Source: Anthoceros angustus (lineage: Eukaryota > Plantae > Anthocerotophyta). Taken from it: a DNA stretch of 64,000 bases. A program made the translations under genes and the position numbers. A model generated the notes under the pieces. The model saw only the letters and a program-made list of their open reading frames with translations. It did not search any database and had not been told where the DNA came from. The stretch lies in assembly GCA_010909165.1 (NCBI GenBank), contig VJWM01000273.1, forward strand, positions 81,848-145,847, in the 5' to 3' direction. Below are positions 36,353 through 49,373 of this stretch, piece by piece (position 1 is the stretch's first letter; the number at the start of each line of letters is the position of its first letter).

Positions 36353-37584
36353 GATAAAGCATCACTTACACTTTGTTGCCTGCCAACCAGCAGCTATTGC
36401 GTTTTCAATTTTATGTTTTCGATACCGTGTATCATGATACTAACTAAGTTCTTAGATATCGGCTACTGCTCATTTACCTTGCCGCCTATGTTGCGCCAAT
36501 AAAAGCCTTGTGTCCCGTGGATGCTTTGCAACACTAGTTCTTGGGATCTGCACCTTCATGATAGCTCATCTTAATTTTTGCTCTCCTTATACCTATAGCA
36601 GCTTAGTAGCCTCCAAATTTAATCTTGCATTCTTGTCGGCTCCCTCCCGCCGATCCTCACCCCTATCCGAACCCCTAGCTTGGGACTCTTGTTACTTTGG
36701 TGTTCTTGGGAAGACCGCCAACTTGGTGGCCTACATGGCTCACAAGTGAGTTTGCTCACCGCTCAAACCTTCACAATTTTTCTCAGGTTAACTGTCCGCT
36801 TCATGCTCTTGTTCCAATTTGTTAGTGCCGGATTTTCCTTTGCTAAAGGTGTACTTGCTTGCCGATCAATGTTTTCCTTTGATTGCAAATTCAGCAATGT
36901 GTTTGCAAATACAAGGTGTGGTGGTAGGGTTTGTCATCACGCCGTGCCATGGATCATCCATTCCAAATTAAATCCATGCCAAGGAGGTCCCTTTTGGAGA
37001 AGATGAAGGGGGACGGAGCTGCCCCCACCAACACCGGCCTTTATGCTTACAGCCAGCCCAGGACGCCCACAGTTTGGTGTGCTTGGATGTTCCTGAGTTT
37101 CCTCATCGCTGATTTTTGTCTCATCACCATGAGGTCCGTAGGTTATGGGCGTGTGGTCATGTTTCTTAAACAAGATGATTGTACACACTCCACACTTGCT
37201 TTGGATGATGCCATTTGTGTATAATGTTCCATAACTAACCGGATGAACTCATGCTCTATACATACAAGGTGTTCTTTTATGCTTTTTGGTGACTTCCAAG
37301 ATGGTGGTTGCCACTTGGCTAGCTACTTGTTGGTCTTTGCTCAACTCCGTTGATTTCAGTATGCAATGTATTTCATTTGCCCATCCACGAGCTAGTTCTA
37401 CCCCCCGAATCTCGCACTATAAAAGTTTGAGTCGATTCCAACGAAGTCATGCAAGTCCTCAAACGAGGCAATTGGCAAGTCATTGTGGCTTGTATATATG
37501 CACATACACGCATGTCTTGTGGTCGCCCGCACCGACGCCTTCCCCGCCTCCTGGCTTGATTTCTCACTTTTTTAATTGTTTGAG

Positions 37585-37836
37585 TGTGACGAGATGAGAC
37601 CGTCTGGGATACAGATCTGGTGGCCTTGGGCTACCCTAGAAATTCTGATGGCATCGTTGTGAAGGTTGTGCAAGCGGTTGTTGCCAAAACTGAATGAATA
37701 ATACAATACAAAATGTTTACAAAAATGTGTTTAAATACCCATGACCTAGAGTCATGTTATTTCACTTCAACTAAACATATTTAATCTAAATTAAATATAT
37801 ACAACCCTAAGTGTGACAGAGATTGTTATTTTAACA
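37585..37836 (-). repeat. 3' LTR of Ty1/Copia element 1
   Basis: The minus strand starts TGTTAA directly after the polypurine tract GAGGAGGGAG (37837-37846). The probable end is ...CGTCACA at 37585. No partner LTR is in the window. Confidence 0.6.
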
Positions 37837-38128
37837 CTCCCTCCTCAAGCTTCACGCTTAGTACGCTTGTCCAAAGCGCCTACAAAACAAACAAAGCAAA
37901 TAGTCCACAAGCCGCCAATAATTCTCCATGCATGGGCGCCCACTGCGGTAGAAAATACATGCATGCCAGAAGTCATAAAGCAAAGCCTCGGATTTGAAGA
38001 AAACTCATGAACAAACAACTTGAAGATAAATAACTCAATCGGTTGTCTGTGCAGCTTCATCCAATCGAAAGTTATCTCGTTTCCCATGTATTGTGTGCCA
38101 TTCACATATGCTGAGTAATCACCCAGCC

Positions 38129-38650
38129 CTAAGCCATCCATATGCTTATAGTGTTTTGGCTTTGAAAGTGTTTTGGCTTTGAAAGTGCTTTGGTTAGAAT
38201 GTCGGCCACATTATCATCTGTTCCAACAAAGCGAACCTTTGTTACCCCTCTATCCACAGCATTCCTAATGTAGTGATGGGATATCTCTATATGCTTGGTG
38301 CGCACGTGGAAGCGAGGGTTAGCAACCAAGGCAAGGGCTGACATGTTGTCGCAAAATATGGGGGTAGGATCTCACAGTCCGCCTAAGTCGCAGTAAGAAC
38401 CTCCTTCCCATTCACCTCCTTGGTGGCTTCGAGAGATTTATACCGCCTCCGCTGAAGACAAAGATATAGAGGTCGCTTTGCAACTCCAATTGACGGCGCC
38501 CCGCAAGAAGAAAGTAATATGTGGAGAGGTCATGACGGAGTCAAGATCGACGCCCAATCGGTATCCAGAAACCTTGTAGAATGAGTTTAGCCTGCTACTA
38601 CGCTTTATATATGAGCCCATGTCAAAGTGCCTTTTAAGTATCCGAAAATA
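38129..38650 (-). pseudogene. Ty1/Copia RNase H (element 1, 5'-truncated)
   Basis: AVNWSCK..SISLSSAEAV and NPRFHVRTKHIEISHHYIR...TDDNVADILTKAL. Confidence 0.9.
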
Positions 38651-38699
38651 CGCTTGATTAACCCAATGAGCTCCCCGCCCGTGTTTTAGGAATCAAGAT

Positions 38700-40650
38700 G
38701 ACATCGTACTAATCACAGCATCGGATGTCGCCCAGTCCAGCTTTGCATACAAAATGACGCTATTATTGTACCGCAAACACGCCATATGGCCGGTTTTGGT
38801 ATTTGTGCACAACATGCCACCGGCCAAAGACAAAGGACGCATGTCATCATGCCTGACAGCGACCGGGATGGTTAAAAATTTCGATGTCTACATGGCACCG
38901 TAGATGAACTCAAGAGTTATGGAGGGTGGACATGGAAGATTTCAATGCCGATAAACCATCCTAAGAGGCATTTCGTGTTACGCAGCTTTCTCGCACATCA
39001 TTGCCGACACCCGGGTTGGGGACCCCATCGATTGGTGAAGTGAGGGAAGCGAGCGTGTATTGCCGGGTCGGACCTTGATTCTCGCTATTCCGTAGATTTG
39101 AAAAAGCCCGCTTATGTCGGATCGCTACACTACCAATGACAAGGACGGTGGAGGATGCGATTGGTTTGATGGATCGCGACCGATCCAAACCGAGGCCGCC
39201 AACGCTCGGCGATGATATGGGATATGGCACGCAGAGAAGCCGCGACACCGCAGACGTCCGCACGGGCAACTTTGGAACCGAATGTCGCCCTTGTTCGTAG
39301 TCCGCCATATTGGCCACATGCTTGTGGGCGCCAAAGGATGTGATGCACGTGGAAAAAACAATGCAGAGGCCATATGGCACACGCCGACGGAGAGCGAGAT
39401 GACATCGCATCGCGCATGGACATGGAAGCAAGCGAGGGAAAAGATGGTTGTGGCGAGGTGACGATGGCCAATACCGCCAGACGCTTTGTCCAAATCGACT
39501 TGAAGACCGTGATTGAGGGCATTAAACGCTCAAGTCGCTGTGCTATGGGTCCAACATAGCACTAAGGTGGAAAGCGGAAAGTTGGTAAGTGCCATGATCG
39601 CACATTATGTTGGAAATCATATTCCCCATCGCTCTCCGGGTGCATAGAGCCGAGGTGTACAAGGTTGTAAAGCTAGGACGCCTTAATGGGTGGATTTGCC
39701 AATGGACGATACCGAGTCGGGACATCCAAGCACAAGAAGAGGCAAGTGAGGGTAATGTGCTCGAAAAGCAATTTCAAGATGTTTGATATATCAACCCACC
39801 TCATACTACACTTAGTGGACGAGGTGGCCGCTGGGCCCATCACACTAGGTGGATGTACCCGTGGAGAGATATTTAGGATCCGTGAAGTGACAGGACGGCG
39901 AGACCCGAGTCCAAAGATAGCGGTGGGGTACATGCGTGAGGAGAGTTTGCATTGCATGACATTTCTCCGCTATTACGCCACGTGGGAGAAGCATGGACCG
40001 ATGAACGATAGGGGAGAAGGTGCCGGGTGTCGCGTACATTATGGATGCCGTGGAGGCAAAGCATACATATGTGCTATATCACACGAGGTGATGCGCCTGC
40101 TCTGGACATGTACGAGGAAGAAGTGAGGACATACGGTGCAAGGGAAGGTCGGCGGACTTTCGTAGATCGGATCCACGGAAGAAGGGCTATGAACGCATGG
40201 GATGGGCATCCGTGCATGACCCATGAAGTGACCGCAATCATGGATGGCCTCGTTGTGCAAGCGGCACATAGTCACATGTGGAACAAAGGCGCCCACCTCG
40301 AATAGTGAGGCGACAACGCCGCCGAGTACAAGGATAGTGCGGTCCGCAAAGTTTATCATGATCGACAGGGCGGGCCACACTGAAGAGGAGCGCCTGCTCT
40401 ACGGCACATAGAGCAATACTCCGCGTTCTCGCAGGAGTATCAACCAATTTTGTTGAAGGTTCGATGGTACGAGTGTCGCCCAGAGGGACAAGGCCATCCC
40501 TACGAAAGTCGACACCGGATTTGATATTGTAAACACGGGAAAGTTTGCGTGAAAGTGCGCCAATCGATGGTCCGCTTGTGTGGCCGCAGTGAATCGGTAC
40601 GCCGCATCCGGAGACGATGGATGGTAACATAGGCCGGGCCATCGCGTGCC
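38700..40650 (+). pseudogene. CACTA Tnp2 transposase (Transposase_21, DUF4218, DUF4216 regions)
   Basis: HAIWPVLVFVHNMPP...KNFDVYM, then FDISTHLILHLVDEV..GP....WMYP(V)E, AVGYMREESL and LLKVRWY...VDTGFDIVN. Confidence 0.85.
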
Positions 40651-41964
40651 CACACCGCCGTGGGATGGAGGGATGAGGAGCGGGGAGGGAGGCAAGCGCG
40701 GGTGTGGCCTAGGAACGCCGATGGAGGGGCATAACTTTCCTGAGAAGTGAGCAAAGTAACCAACGCCACACCGCAAAACAACGTTGTCTTTAGTGGCGAT
40801 TCGATGAAGACGGCGATTATCTGATCAAGCATTGATGCGCCTGCACTGCGCCTAACTGGGCAATATACTACATGCGTCGAATATAAAACGTGATTACGGA
40901 AGGTGAAGTGCATAGGAGGACTTGATCCGGCAAACAATAAATGATGACGCCGCCTACTTTGCCAACAAAGCCTTTTCCTATGAGCTTTGAATTCGCCAGA
41001 CCACCATTGGCTTGGCAACCGCAGAAAGCCAATGCCTTCGATGGGACGATGGTGCCCACGAACGGGCAATGGATGGCTGACGCCGCGTACCACCGGAGTT
41101 TGGAGACATCGACAAGGCCAAGAGCACCATCGCGCGGCCGCCGACCAAACCGTAGGTGCGTGGGGAGGATGAGAGGCAAGCTCGGATCGGCTATCTCGGC
41201 CATCCACCCTGTGCACCCAGCCACTCCGATCCGCCAAGGCGCTGCAAGAGAAGGCCACCCGCCCCACAAAGGGACATCGAGAGTTGTGGGGAGAGGAAAA
41301 TGGCACGGTACCAATGGCGATTTGAGGACATAGGAGACGTGGAACATCCCCCCAGAGGCGGACTTGGAGCATCGCGTCTGTCCAACGGGCGGGATGATGA
41401 TGTTTTCGCCAAATGAGGTGGGTGGTTCGAGACTAGATTGAGCAAGAACGTGTTCATCGACACGTAGACACGTTGATGCAATTTGTTTCATGGACGCTAT
41501 GCGGTGCACCTTGGCCGGGCACTGCTCATGCAGGAGGACATATGGAGGCAGCCCATGGCAGCACGGGAGGTGGTGGCGATCAGACAAGACACCAGGCGGA
41601 CCGGCAACCTGTGGGGGGATGTCACGGCACGCAAGCACCGGATGAGGAATGGCGACACACCCGGCAAGGGGAGGTGAATTGACAAGCGGAGGAGGTGCAG
41701 GCCGGATGCCGATGGAGTGGTTTGTGAGGTGGACAACGATGCATCGTGACCTTGATAAAAGGCATGGCGTGAAATGGTTGAAGAGGCCTTGCAAAACAAA
41801 GGATGTGGAGGGAAGGGAACTGATGTTGTTCGGGGTCCGAAAGCTAAGGCACAAGAGCTGAAACGGACAAAGGTTGTGAATGAACTAGGGTACATGGCAA
41901 GATGGCGCGACGTTCCGAGAGGGGAAAAGGCATGGTTAGTGAAATCGGTGTCTAACGCCTTCCC

Positions 41965-42166
41965 TGATGATAATCAATAGCTCTTAGATAGAAGAGAAAC
42001 AATGGAATGAATTGATTAATGAGTAAAGTACAAGCCTTTAAATAGGCTGGGTGGTTGGGTGGTTACAACAATATGTTGTTGTAACTATAACTACAACCTA
42101 AGTTAGCTCTAAATTAATGTTATGAGGCCCTAATGAATAGTGCCCTAAGCTAGACCTATTTCATCA
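41965..42166 (-). repeat. 3' LTR of Copia element 2
   Basis: Preceded on the minus strand by the PPT-like TGAGTGGGAG (42167-42176) and matches the 5' LTR. Confidence 0.93.
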
Positions 42167-44119
42167 CTCCCACTCACTATGAATGTAGGGGTGAATTCTA
42201 GCTTCAAAATGAGGTCTAAATCATAGACTCCCACTTAATCAAAAGTTATAAGCCTAAGAAAAGTACAACTTAAGGCTTGATGAATAAGTAAGCTGAAATA
42301 GAAAACTTAATATGTCCACCAAAATATTCACGAATAAGGTTGACAAATAATAGCTCGAAATAGGCTTAAAAGAGAGGCCTAAATATAAATAATATAAATA
42401 GAAAATAGGCCTAAATAAATAAAGGCCTAAAAGGCCAAAAGATATAAAATATGCATAATATCCGGCCTACAATAATAAATCCGGCCCTAAAATGATTTTA
42501 ATGGATAAGCCAATACGGCTTATCCTAAATCGGGCCACCAAGGCAGGGCCTGTCGCAGACGCTTAACCGCACGGGCGGGGTGTCGAGGATAGCCGCCATT
42601 GCCCGGCCTCCTCCCTCGATCGCGCCGCGCCCGAGCTGCCGCGCCATCGTGCCGGGCCGCGCCCGCGCTCCGCCGCCGCGCTCCGCCGCAACCCGCTGTG
42701 GTCAGGCCGACTGGCCGCCCGCCGGACGCGTGGTTTGTGGTGCGCTCCTCCCCGCATAAAAATGCATGGACGGCGCCTCGGGTGAACCCGCCCATGTTGT
42801 TGTGTGACTCGTATTGTTGCGTTATAATATGACGCGCTCATAACGGTGAGATTCCATGTCCATTTGCCATTGCACATTTTCCTCATATTTTCCATTGTTC
42901 AATTGCATTTTCCATATCTCTTGCATGTTTGAATACGACTAATATACCTAATGTGGTGGCAGTCCTCGTCGGGAGGAAGCCGCCCCATGCTGCTCAAAGG
43001 ACGAGGCCATAAGAAAATGAAAAGAGCAAACCGATAGCAAGAAGAAGAAGAAACTTGCCGCGGAGAAAGGAAAAATTGAGCGGAAGCCGCCTGCGCATCT
43101 TGTGGTATAGAGATGCACTTGCACGGGTGAAGAGATCGATGTCGGGCCCCGGCCGTAATATAGGAAATGATATGGAAGATCCTAATTTCTCTTATGAATT
43201 CTCGCAAGCATGTGCCGAGGTGGCTAAACAGTGGAGAAATGGCCGATGGAGAGGATGACGTCTTGGTGGTACAAGCACTGAAATGCCGATGTTGTCATCA
43301 AAGAAGTCGAGGGGCTGGTAAGCCAATAATGCAAAATAAATTGCAATAAATAATTTGATTGCATAAAAAATACTAATGATTGTTGATGTAGATAATCCAA
43401 CTACCGAGGGCCTGGAGTCAGTATCCTGAGTGTCCCGGTATGACGACTTCAACATAGAAGAAGAGTGAGGAGTGGGACTCCATAAAACAGACGGAGGCCC
43501 CAGCAGTGTGTGTGAGGGCAGCCCAAGTGGAGAGCATATGCGCCCGACATAGGAGAAGTAGGAAAAGAAAAGTGAGTAGGTGTAAAACCTATAGTTAGGG
43601 GCTAGTAACTAGTGTAACCTATGCTAATGATAAGCTAATCTACATCTATTTTGCAGATGTGGAGAAAGGGTAGGCACAAGCCATGTGAGGTTTGCCCTAC
43701 CTCTACAACCTATAACAAAACAAAAAAGGAAAATACCAAACTCCTATTTGCCACTGAAACCTATGCGAGCAACATACATGGTGCTTCCGGGAGGAAAGGA
43801 CACCACGAAGTCCCCATGGAATATGTATGTGAGAAAAGGGGATAAAAAATGATGTGGTTAGGTGCATATCCATGTGAAGAGTACGAAGGACACACCAAGC
43901 ACTTGTATAGTAAGTGACCTAACTTCCGAATGACTAACTCAACACCATTTTTCTTCCTGTAACCCATGGAGTGTTTTGTAGGGTCCTTTTGGGCATTAGA
44001 GAGAGAAGAGAAGGAGTGATGATTACTTGGAAATAGAAGAGGAAATAAACATGCTAGATAAACTTTGTGGATTGTAAAATTGGAAAATACCCACTAGCTA
44101 GGCTTAACCTCTTGTACTC

Positions 44120-47100
44120 CTAACATTTTCATGTGTTTTAAATGCAAATCTCTTCCTAATGACTTGGTTAAAAGGTCAGCTGGGTTGTTTTGAGTTGGAA
44201 TATAATTGATATCTATTGTTTTATTTTCTAACATTTCCGTATGTAATGATACTCGCTATATGTTTAGTTCGAGTGGAAAACAGGGTTCCTAGCTAAGGCA
44301 ATAGCCCCGCTATCCAGAGGTGTAGGTCCATCTTGGGGATAATTCAACTCACTCAATGCTAACCTACTCCGGACTATATCCTTGGAGACGAGGTGAGGAC
44401 CCTATACTCGACTCAGACATCGACAAAGCAATGGTTGGTTGTTTCTTACTTGACCATGAAATGGGTGCACCTCCTAGCGAATGCATAGCGGACATGATTT
44501 GCGGCTATCGGGATCTCCAAGATAGTCGATCAAGATAAGTCGTTAATTGTAACTTAGATATGCCGGAACATGTTTATACATCAATCCTGTGCATAGTCCC
44601 TTTTAAATACGAATATTCTCTTGACACATTGCCAATGTTGTGTTCCGGATTCTCAAAAATTGTGAGGCGCACTAACTTCAAAAGATATATCGGGTCTTGT
44701 GAAGTTACTTAAATATATTAAGGTGCCAACAGATGTCTATATGGTACGACATTACTCGCTTTCTCTCATCTGCTTTAGGGCTCATATCTCTGCCTTGTGC
44801 CACTTGGAAATGGTGTGGCCGGGCTTAGCATCTTCTAGTCCAAACTTCTTTAAGCTTTCTTTTATATATTTTGTTTGAACCAAGGAAATGGATTTATTAC
44901 CTCTATTTCTTATAATGTTAACGCCAAGGGCATAACTAAGGTCTCCTGTGTCCGCATCATTTCATAATGACTTCTCAACCATGCTTTAATTTCACTAGAT
45001 GGGAGAGTGAAGATGAAGCTAAAAATAAGTCATCCACATATAGTAAGAGGTAAATTGTGTCTTGTTTAGTCTTGGGATATACATGCTAGCATCCGCTTTG
45101 CTTTGAACAAAACCATATTTTGTAAGCTTGTCATGTATATCATTATTCCATTCCTTGCGATTGCTTAAGGCCATAAATGCCTTTAATGAGCTGCATACAT
45201 GGTCTTCTTTACCTTTGACTTCATAGCCTTGAGTTGTCTCATGTATATTTCTTCTTGGATTCGCCATGATAGGCGCTTTGACGTCCATCATGTGAAGATG
45301 TAAGTCATGTTGAGCGGACAAGGCTATTATAATTCGAGGAGGCAAACTTTGCTGGTGCATAGGTAGCCAGGTATGTAATCTAAACCCGAGATCGGTAAAC
45401 CCTCCGCTACCCTTGCCTTATATCGCTCAATAGAACCATCACCCTTACGTTTGATTTTAAAGACCCATTTACTTCCCACTATTTTTCTCCCTTTGGGTGG
45501 TTTAACTAATTCCCATGTGGAGTTTTCTACTAAAGAGTTGTACTCAATCATCGCTACCTTCCATGGTCTTTCTCGGAGAGGAAAATGCTTGTTTCAAGGT
45601 TAGCGGTTCCTCTGGATCAACTGTGGCTTTGTAAGCTTGATAATAAGGTGTGAGAGGAGAAATGGGGTCATCGAGTGACAAGATATCCCAAAGGTGGTTC
45701 CTTCCATCCAGCAGTCCCGCAATGGGTCTAGTCCTAAGATTGTACCTTGGTGCAGTTGTTGAATGTGTTCTTCAATGTCGACCACTTGTTGAGCGGTTCT
45801 GCGTGTAACGCAGCTCGGCTCGCCGTCGAATTCATCCACTTGCTCGCCGACGGCTCATCCTCAAAGGAATACGATCCTCCTCACGAATTTCAACATCATA
45901 GTCGATTTCATCATCGGTTAAATGTTGAGGTTCTTCTAAATCGGGATCCGGAGTAGTTGGTCGTCTTGGAATATATTCTAACCTCCTCCTCCTCCCCGCA
46001 GAGGTTCATCCATAGGAGCTTCGCTGCGGAGGGAGTGAATGAATGATGACAAAATCATCGTCATCAAAGTGGAAGGCTCGCAGAGGAAGGAGCATCGGGA
46101 GTAATGGGAGCAGATGCCCTAATAGGAGAAAAGAATATGAGATTCATGAAAGGTCACGCTCCTAGCATAAATGAGCTTTGGGTAGATGGGTCAAATAACT
46201 TGTAACCCTTAATGCCTTCTGTAGCCAATAAAGGTATATTTGGCGCCTTGGGATCCGACTTCTTGCTTTGGGGATGAACACATAAGCGGGGATCCAAGAT
46301 TCGTAAATGATCAAGAAGGTTTTCTCGAAAAGCTTCATATGGAGTCATGCCTTGACTGGAAGTCTATTAAGATATGTTGTCGTCAATATAGCTTCACAAT
46401 AACTTTTAGATAATGTAGCTTGGGTGAGCAAACATTGTGATCTCCGGAGGCGTAAATTTTGTTTTCCGCCATTTTGCCGAGGTGTGTACCACACTAAGTT
46501 GTTGCTATACCTTCAACAAGGCAAAATTCAAATTCATTGAAGTGAACTCTCCTCCATTATCGGAGCGAAGAGTTTTAAGCTTCTGTGAAGTCTCTCCCAC
46601 ATCATATATTCTTTGAAGAAAGAAAAGGCCCGACTCTTATGGCGGAGGATGTAGGTGAGGACGAAGGAATAATCATCGATGAAGGTTAAAAATATCTACA
46701 ACCACTAAATGAAGGTGCGAGATCGGACCACAAATGTCTGTGAACCAACTCTAAGGGTGCCTAGCCCTGAGGATGGATTGTGGAATGGAGCTTGATGACG
46801 CTTTGGTTACGCAAGCTTCACACGTGAGAGGTTCAAGTTTAGGAATACAGGAGTTCGTTTCCTTAGACATTTGGATAAGCTTTATTCGGATGACCTAATC
46901 GACAGCCAAAGCATGGTGCTTGAAGAGTGGAATGGGAGGCTACATTGATGAGGTGTAACGGACCCACTTGACCGAGAGTTTATAGAGTCCATCTTCTAGT
47001 GTTCAGAGGATTGTGTGATACTTATTAGTATGATAGTAAAGGAGACACAAATCGGCTTCAAGGATAATTTGCATGTTATGTTCTTGACATAAACTAGCGG

Positions 47101-48140
47101 TGACACTAGATTCTTGCACATGGAGGGTACATAAAGGACATGGGAGAGAGTAAGAACGCCTGGGAGCACTTTAATGCCACGGAACCTACACCAAATATGG
47201 TGAGGTTATGGTCCGCCTAGGAGCACTTGTTGTCCTTTTGATGGCGAACACGACTCAAAAAGTTAAGGTCGTGACATATATGAGATGTTGCACCTTGTCT
47301 AAATACCAATTTTGGTTTGATGGCTTGGAACTTGCCAAGCGAGGTGATGGAGTTGCCGTGGAGGGCTTCTTCTTAACGGCAACATGTGCTGGTGACCTCC
47401 TTCTTTGGCTCACCATTTTTCTTCTTCCAACAATCCTTCTCCATATGGTTGGTCATCTTGCACCACGGTAACTCCAGCCTTCTTCATGCCTTTGAAGGTT
47501 TAAATGAAGAAGTGGATGGTCCTTTTTGAAATTGAGTAGTGCCTAGGAGTGAAGTTTCGGCCCGCCACGTCCTCTTCCTCACCGTCTGTACATTACTTGG
47601 CGGGCGGGTGATCGGGATTTTCATTTCGACGGCCTCCTCAATAAGTGCTCCTATTAATTCACTTACGATATCCGGGAGCCTGAATTTCTTCTGCTTTTGT
47701 GCACTCTAAGGACCGCATTTTGCGTTGTCACAAAGGGCCTATAGGAGGGCGGCAAGTGGCGAGGAGAGCAATAAAAGTTTGTTTCTCTGTAAGTTTTCTT
47801 GAGGATGCATTGAAATTATTCTAATACGGAAGTTGCTCAAGTGTTGTTGTAAGGAATCGCCTCCTTCATCCTTATAGTATATAAGTGACGTGTGGCTCAA
47901 TAAGCTCATTCCATCTTTGGAGGCATAAAGTGAGCTAACTTCTCCCACATCTCTACGGTGTTTGCGCAACTTGGAGTACCATCGCCGTAAGTCCGTTCAT
48001 TAAAACGCCCTCGGGCTCTCCGATCTTTGGCTTCCCATTCATCTATAGCATCGAGTCCCAAGTGGAACATTCTTCCGCATCTGTTGACAATATTCCATAA
48101 GTCGCGTGCAGACACCTTGGGCACTGTTGCCATACGCACC
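44120..48140 (-). pseudogene. Copia gag-pol (frameshifted)
   Basis: UBN2-like gag, zinc knuckle CKMTNHMEKDCWKK, integrase HTDICGP..FLTFIDDYS..LRSDNGGEF, RT WELVKPPKGRKIVGSKWVFKIK..YKAR and HMMDVKA, RNase H TRPDISFEVS..RTKHI. Confidence 0.92.
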
Positions 48141-49110
48141 CCTTGCCGTTGAATCTATCTTTGTCTTTAAAGTTGTCACCTTGAATCACTTGAGGCTTGG
48201 ATTCATTACGCTTTTAGCTTTCTCCTTTTCTTCCCTTTAAATTGCTCCCATTCATCTCGCCATATAGATTGTTGTTCTTCAAGCCATTTGGTCTTTTGGG
48301 CGCCAAAATTTTGCTCGCTAAGTCATCAATATCCACGTCGAGATCGTCCGACCCCACCATTGCAAGTAATTTTAATGATGCGTTATGCCGTGGTTGACAC
48401 GTCTTCTTGCATTGTTTTGCGGAAAGAGGCGCGAGCACAACATTTCTTCAAATTATGAATTTCGCATCATAATCGAATCTGCACTTACAATCAAGTGAGA
48501 AGAGACCTTGTGAAAGGTCTCCAACAAGTCTATCGATAATATTGATTTGTTGTGTATTGTAAGTCAATTTCTCATTGATAGCGAGTGATTTATTCTAAGT
48601 TCTCTAATGGAATCAAGAGATTGCTGGATGATCCGGATTAGGAGCGAAGATACTAGCCTTATTTTTATGTACTTAGAGATGGCGACTCTATAGCACTATA
48701 TTGATAAAGGCTAAATGTAGAAAGGAGAGCTTTACGAGCATAAATGATATCTTGTACTCTATCTCCTCGACTTAGACAAAAGGGCTTCAATGAGACAACA
48801 TACTTGTGCCTCTAAAACATCAATCCGAGGAGAATTGAGGTCAAACTCCTCCCGAATGTAAGAAGATTTGATTTGATGTTGTTTCTTCTTCTTTGATCTT
48901 CCTTCCTAAATTCTTGTCCGCTTGGATTAAAGGAATCCATGAGAGCGAAGAAATTGATGCACAATGTGTGCATCATTGCGCTGGTCACCGATGATTGTTT
49001 AAAGGCGAAATCTCCACGCTGCATTATCTTCATTTGAAGTACTACAAACGCAAAAGCATTGGAGAGTAAATTGCCTAGAGCATAAGGAAGCGAGGTGCTC
49101 AACACAAAGA

Positions 49111-49127
49111 GCTATATGCCGATACCA
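49111..49127 (-). promoter_or_regulatory. Primer-binding site (tRNA-iMet type, partial match)
   Basis: TGGTATC(GGCAT) immediately follows the 5' LTR. The first 7 nt match the canonical TGGTATCAGAGC. Confidence 0.75.
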
Positions 49128-49373
49128 TGATGAGAATCAATAGCTCTTAGATAGAAGAGAAACAATGGAATGAATTGATTAATGAGTAAAGTACAAGCCT
49201 TTAAATAGGGTGGAGTTGGTGGTTACAACAATATGTTGTTGTAACCATAAGTAGTTGCAACCATAAGTTGTTGTAACTATAAGTTGTTGTAACAACTAAC
49301 TACCTAAAGCCCTAGCTCTAAATTAATGTTTACACGAGGCCCCAATGAATAGTGCCTAAGACCTATTTCATCA
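49128..49373 (-). repeat. 5' LTR of Copia element 2
   Basis: Matches 41965-42166 but carries extra ~16-bp ATAAGTTGTTGTAAC-type units. Confidence 0.93.

Larger units (their letters stand above)
41965..49373 (-). mobile_element. Full-length Ty1/Copia retrotransposon (element 2)
   Basis: LTRs at 49128-49373 and 41965-42166 (TGATGA...TCATCA). 5-bp TSD TTCCC at 41960-41964 and 49374-49378. PBS and PPT present, with gag-PR-IN-RT-RH order. Confidence 0.95.

Noticed and set aside
35850-36437. Several 100-195 aa ORFs rich in Y/I/H/T or M/Y/V/C
   Set aside because: They are translations of the microsatellite.
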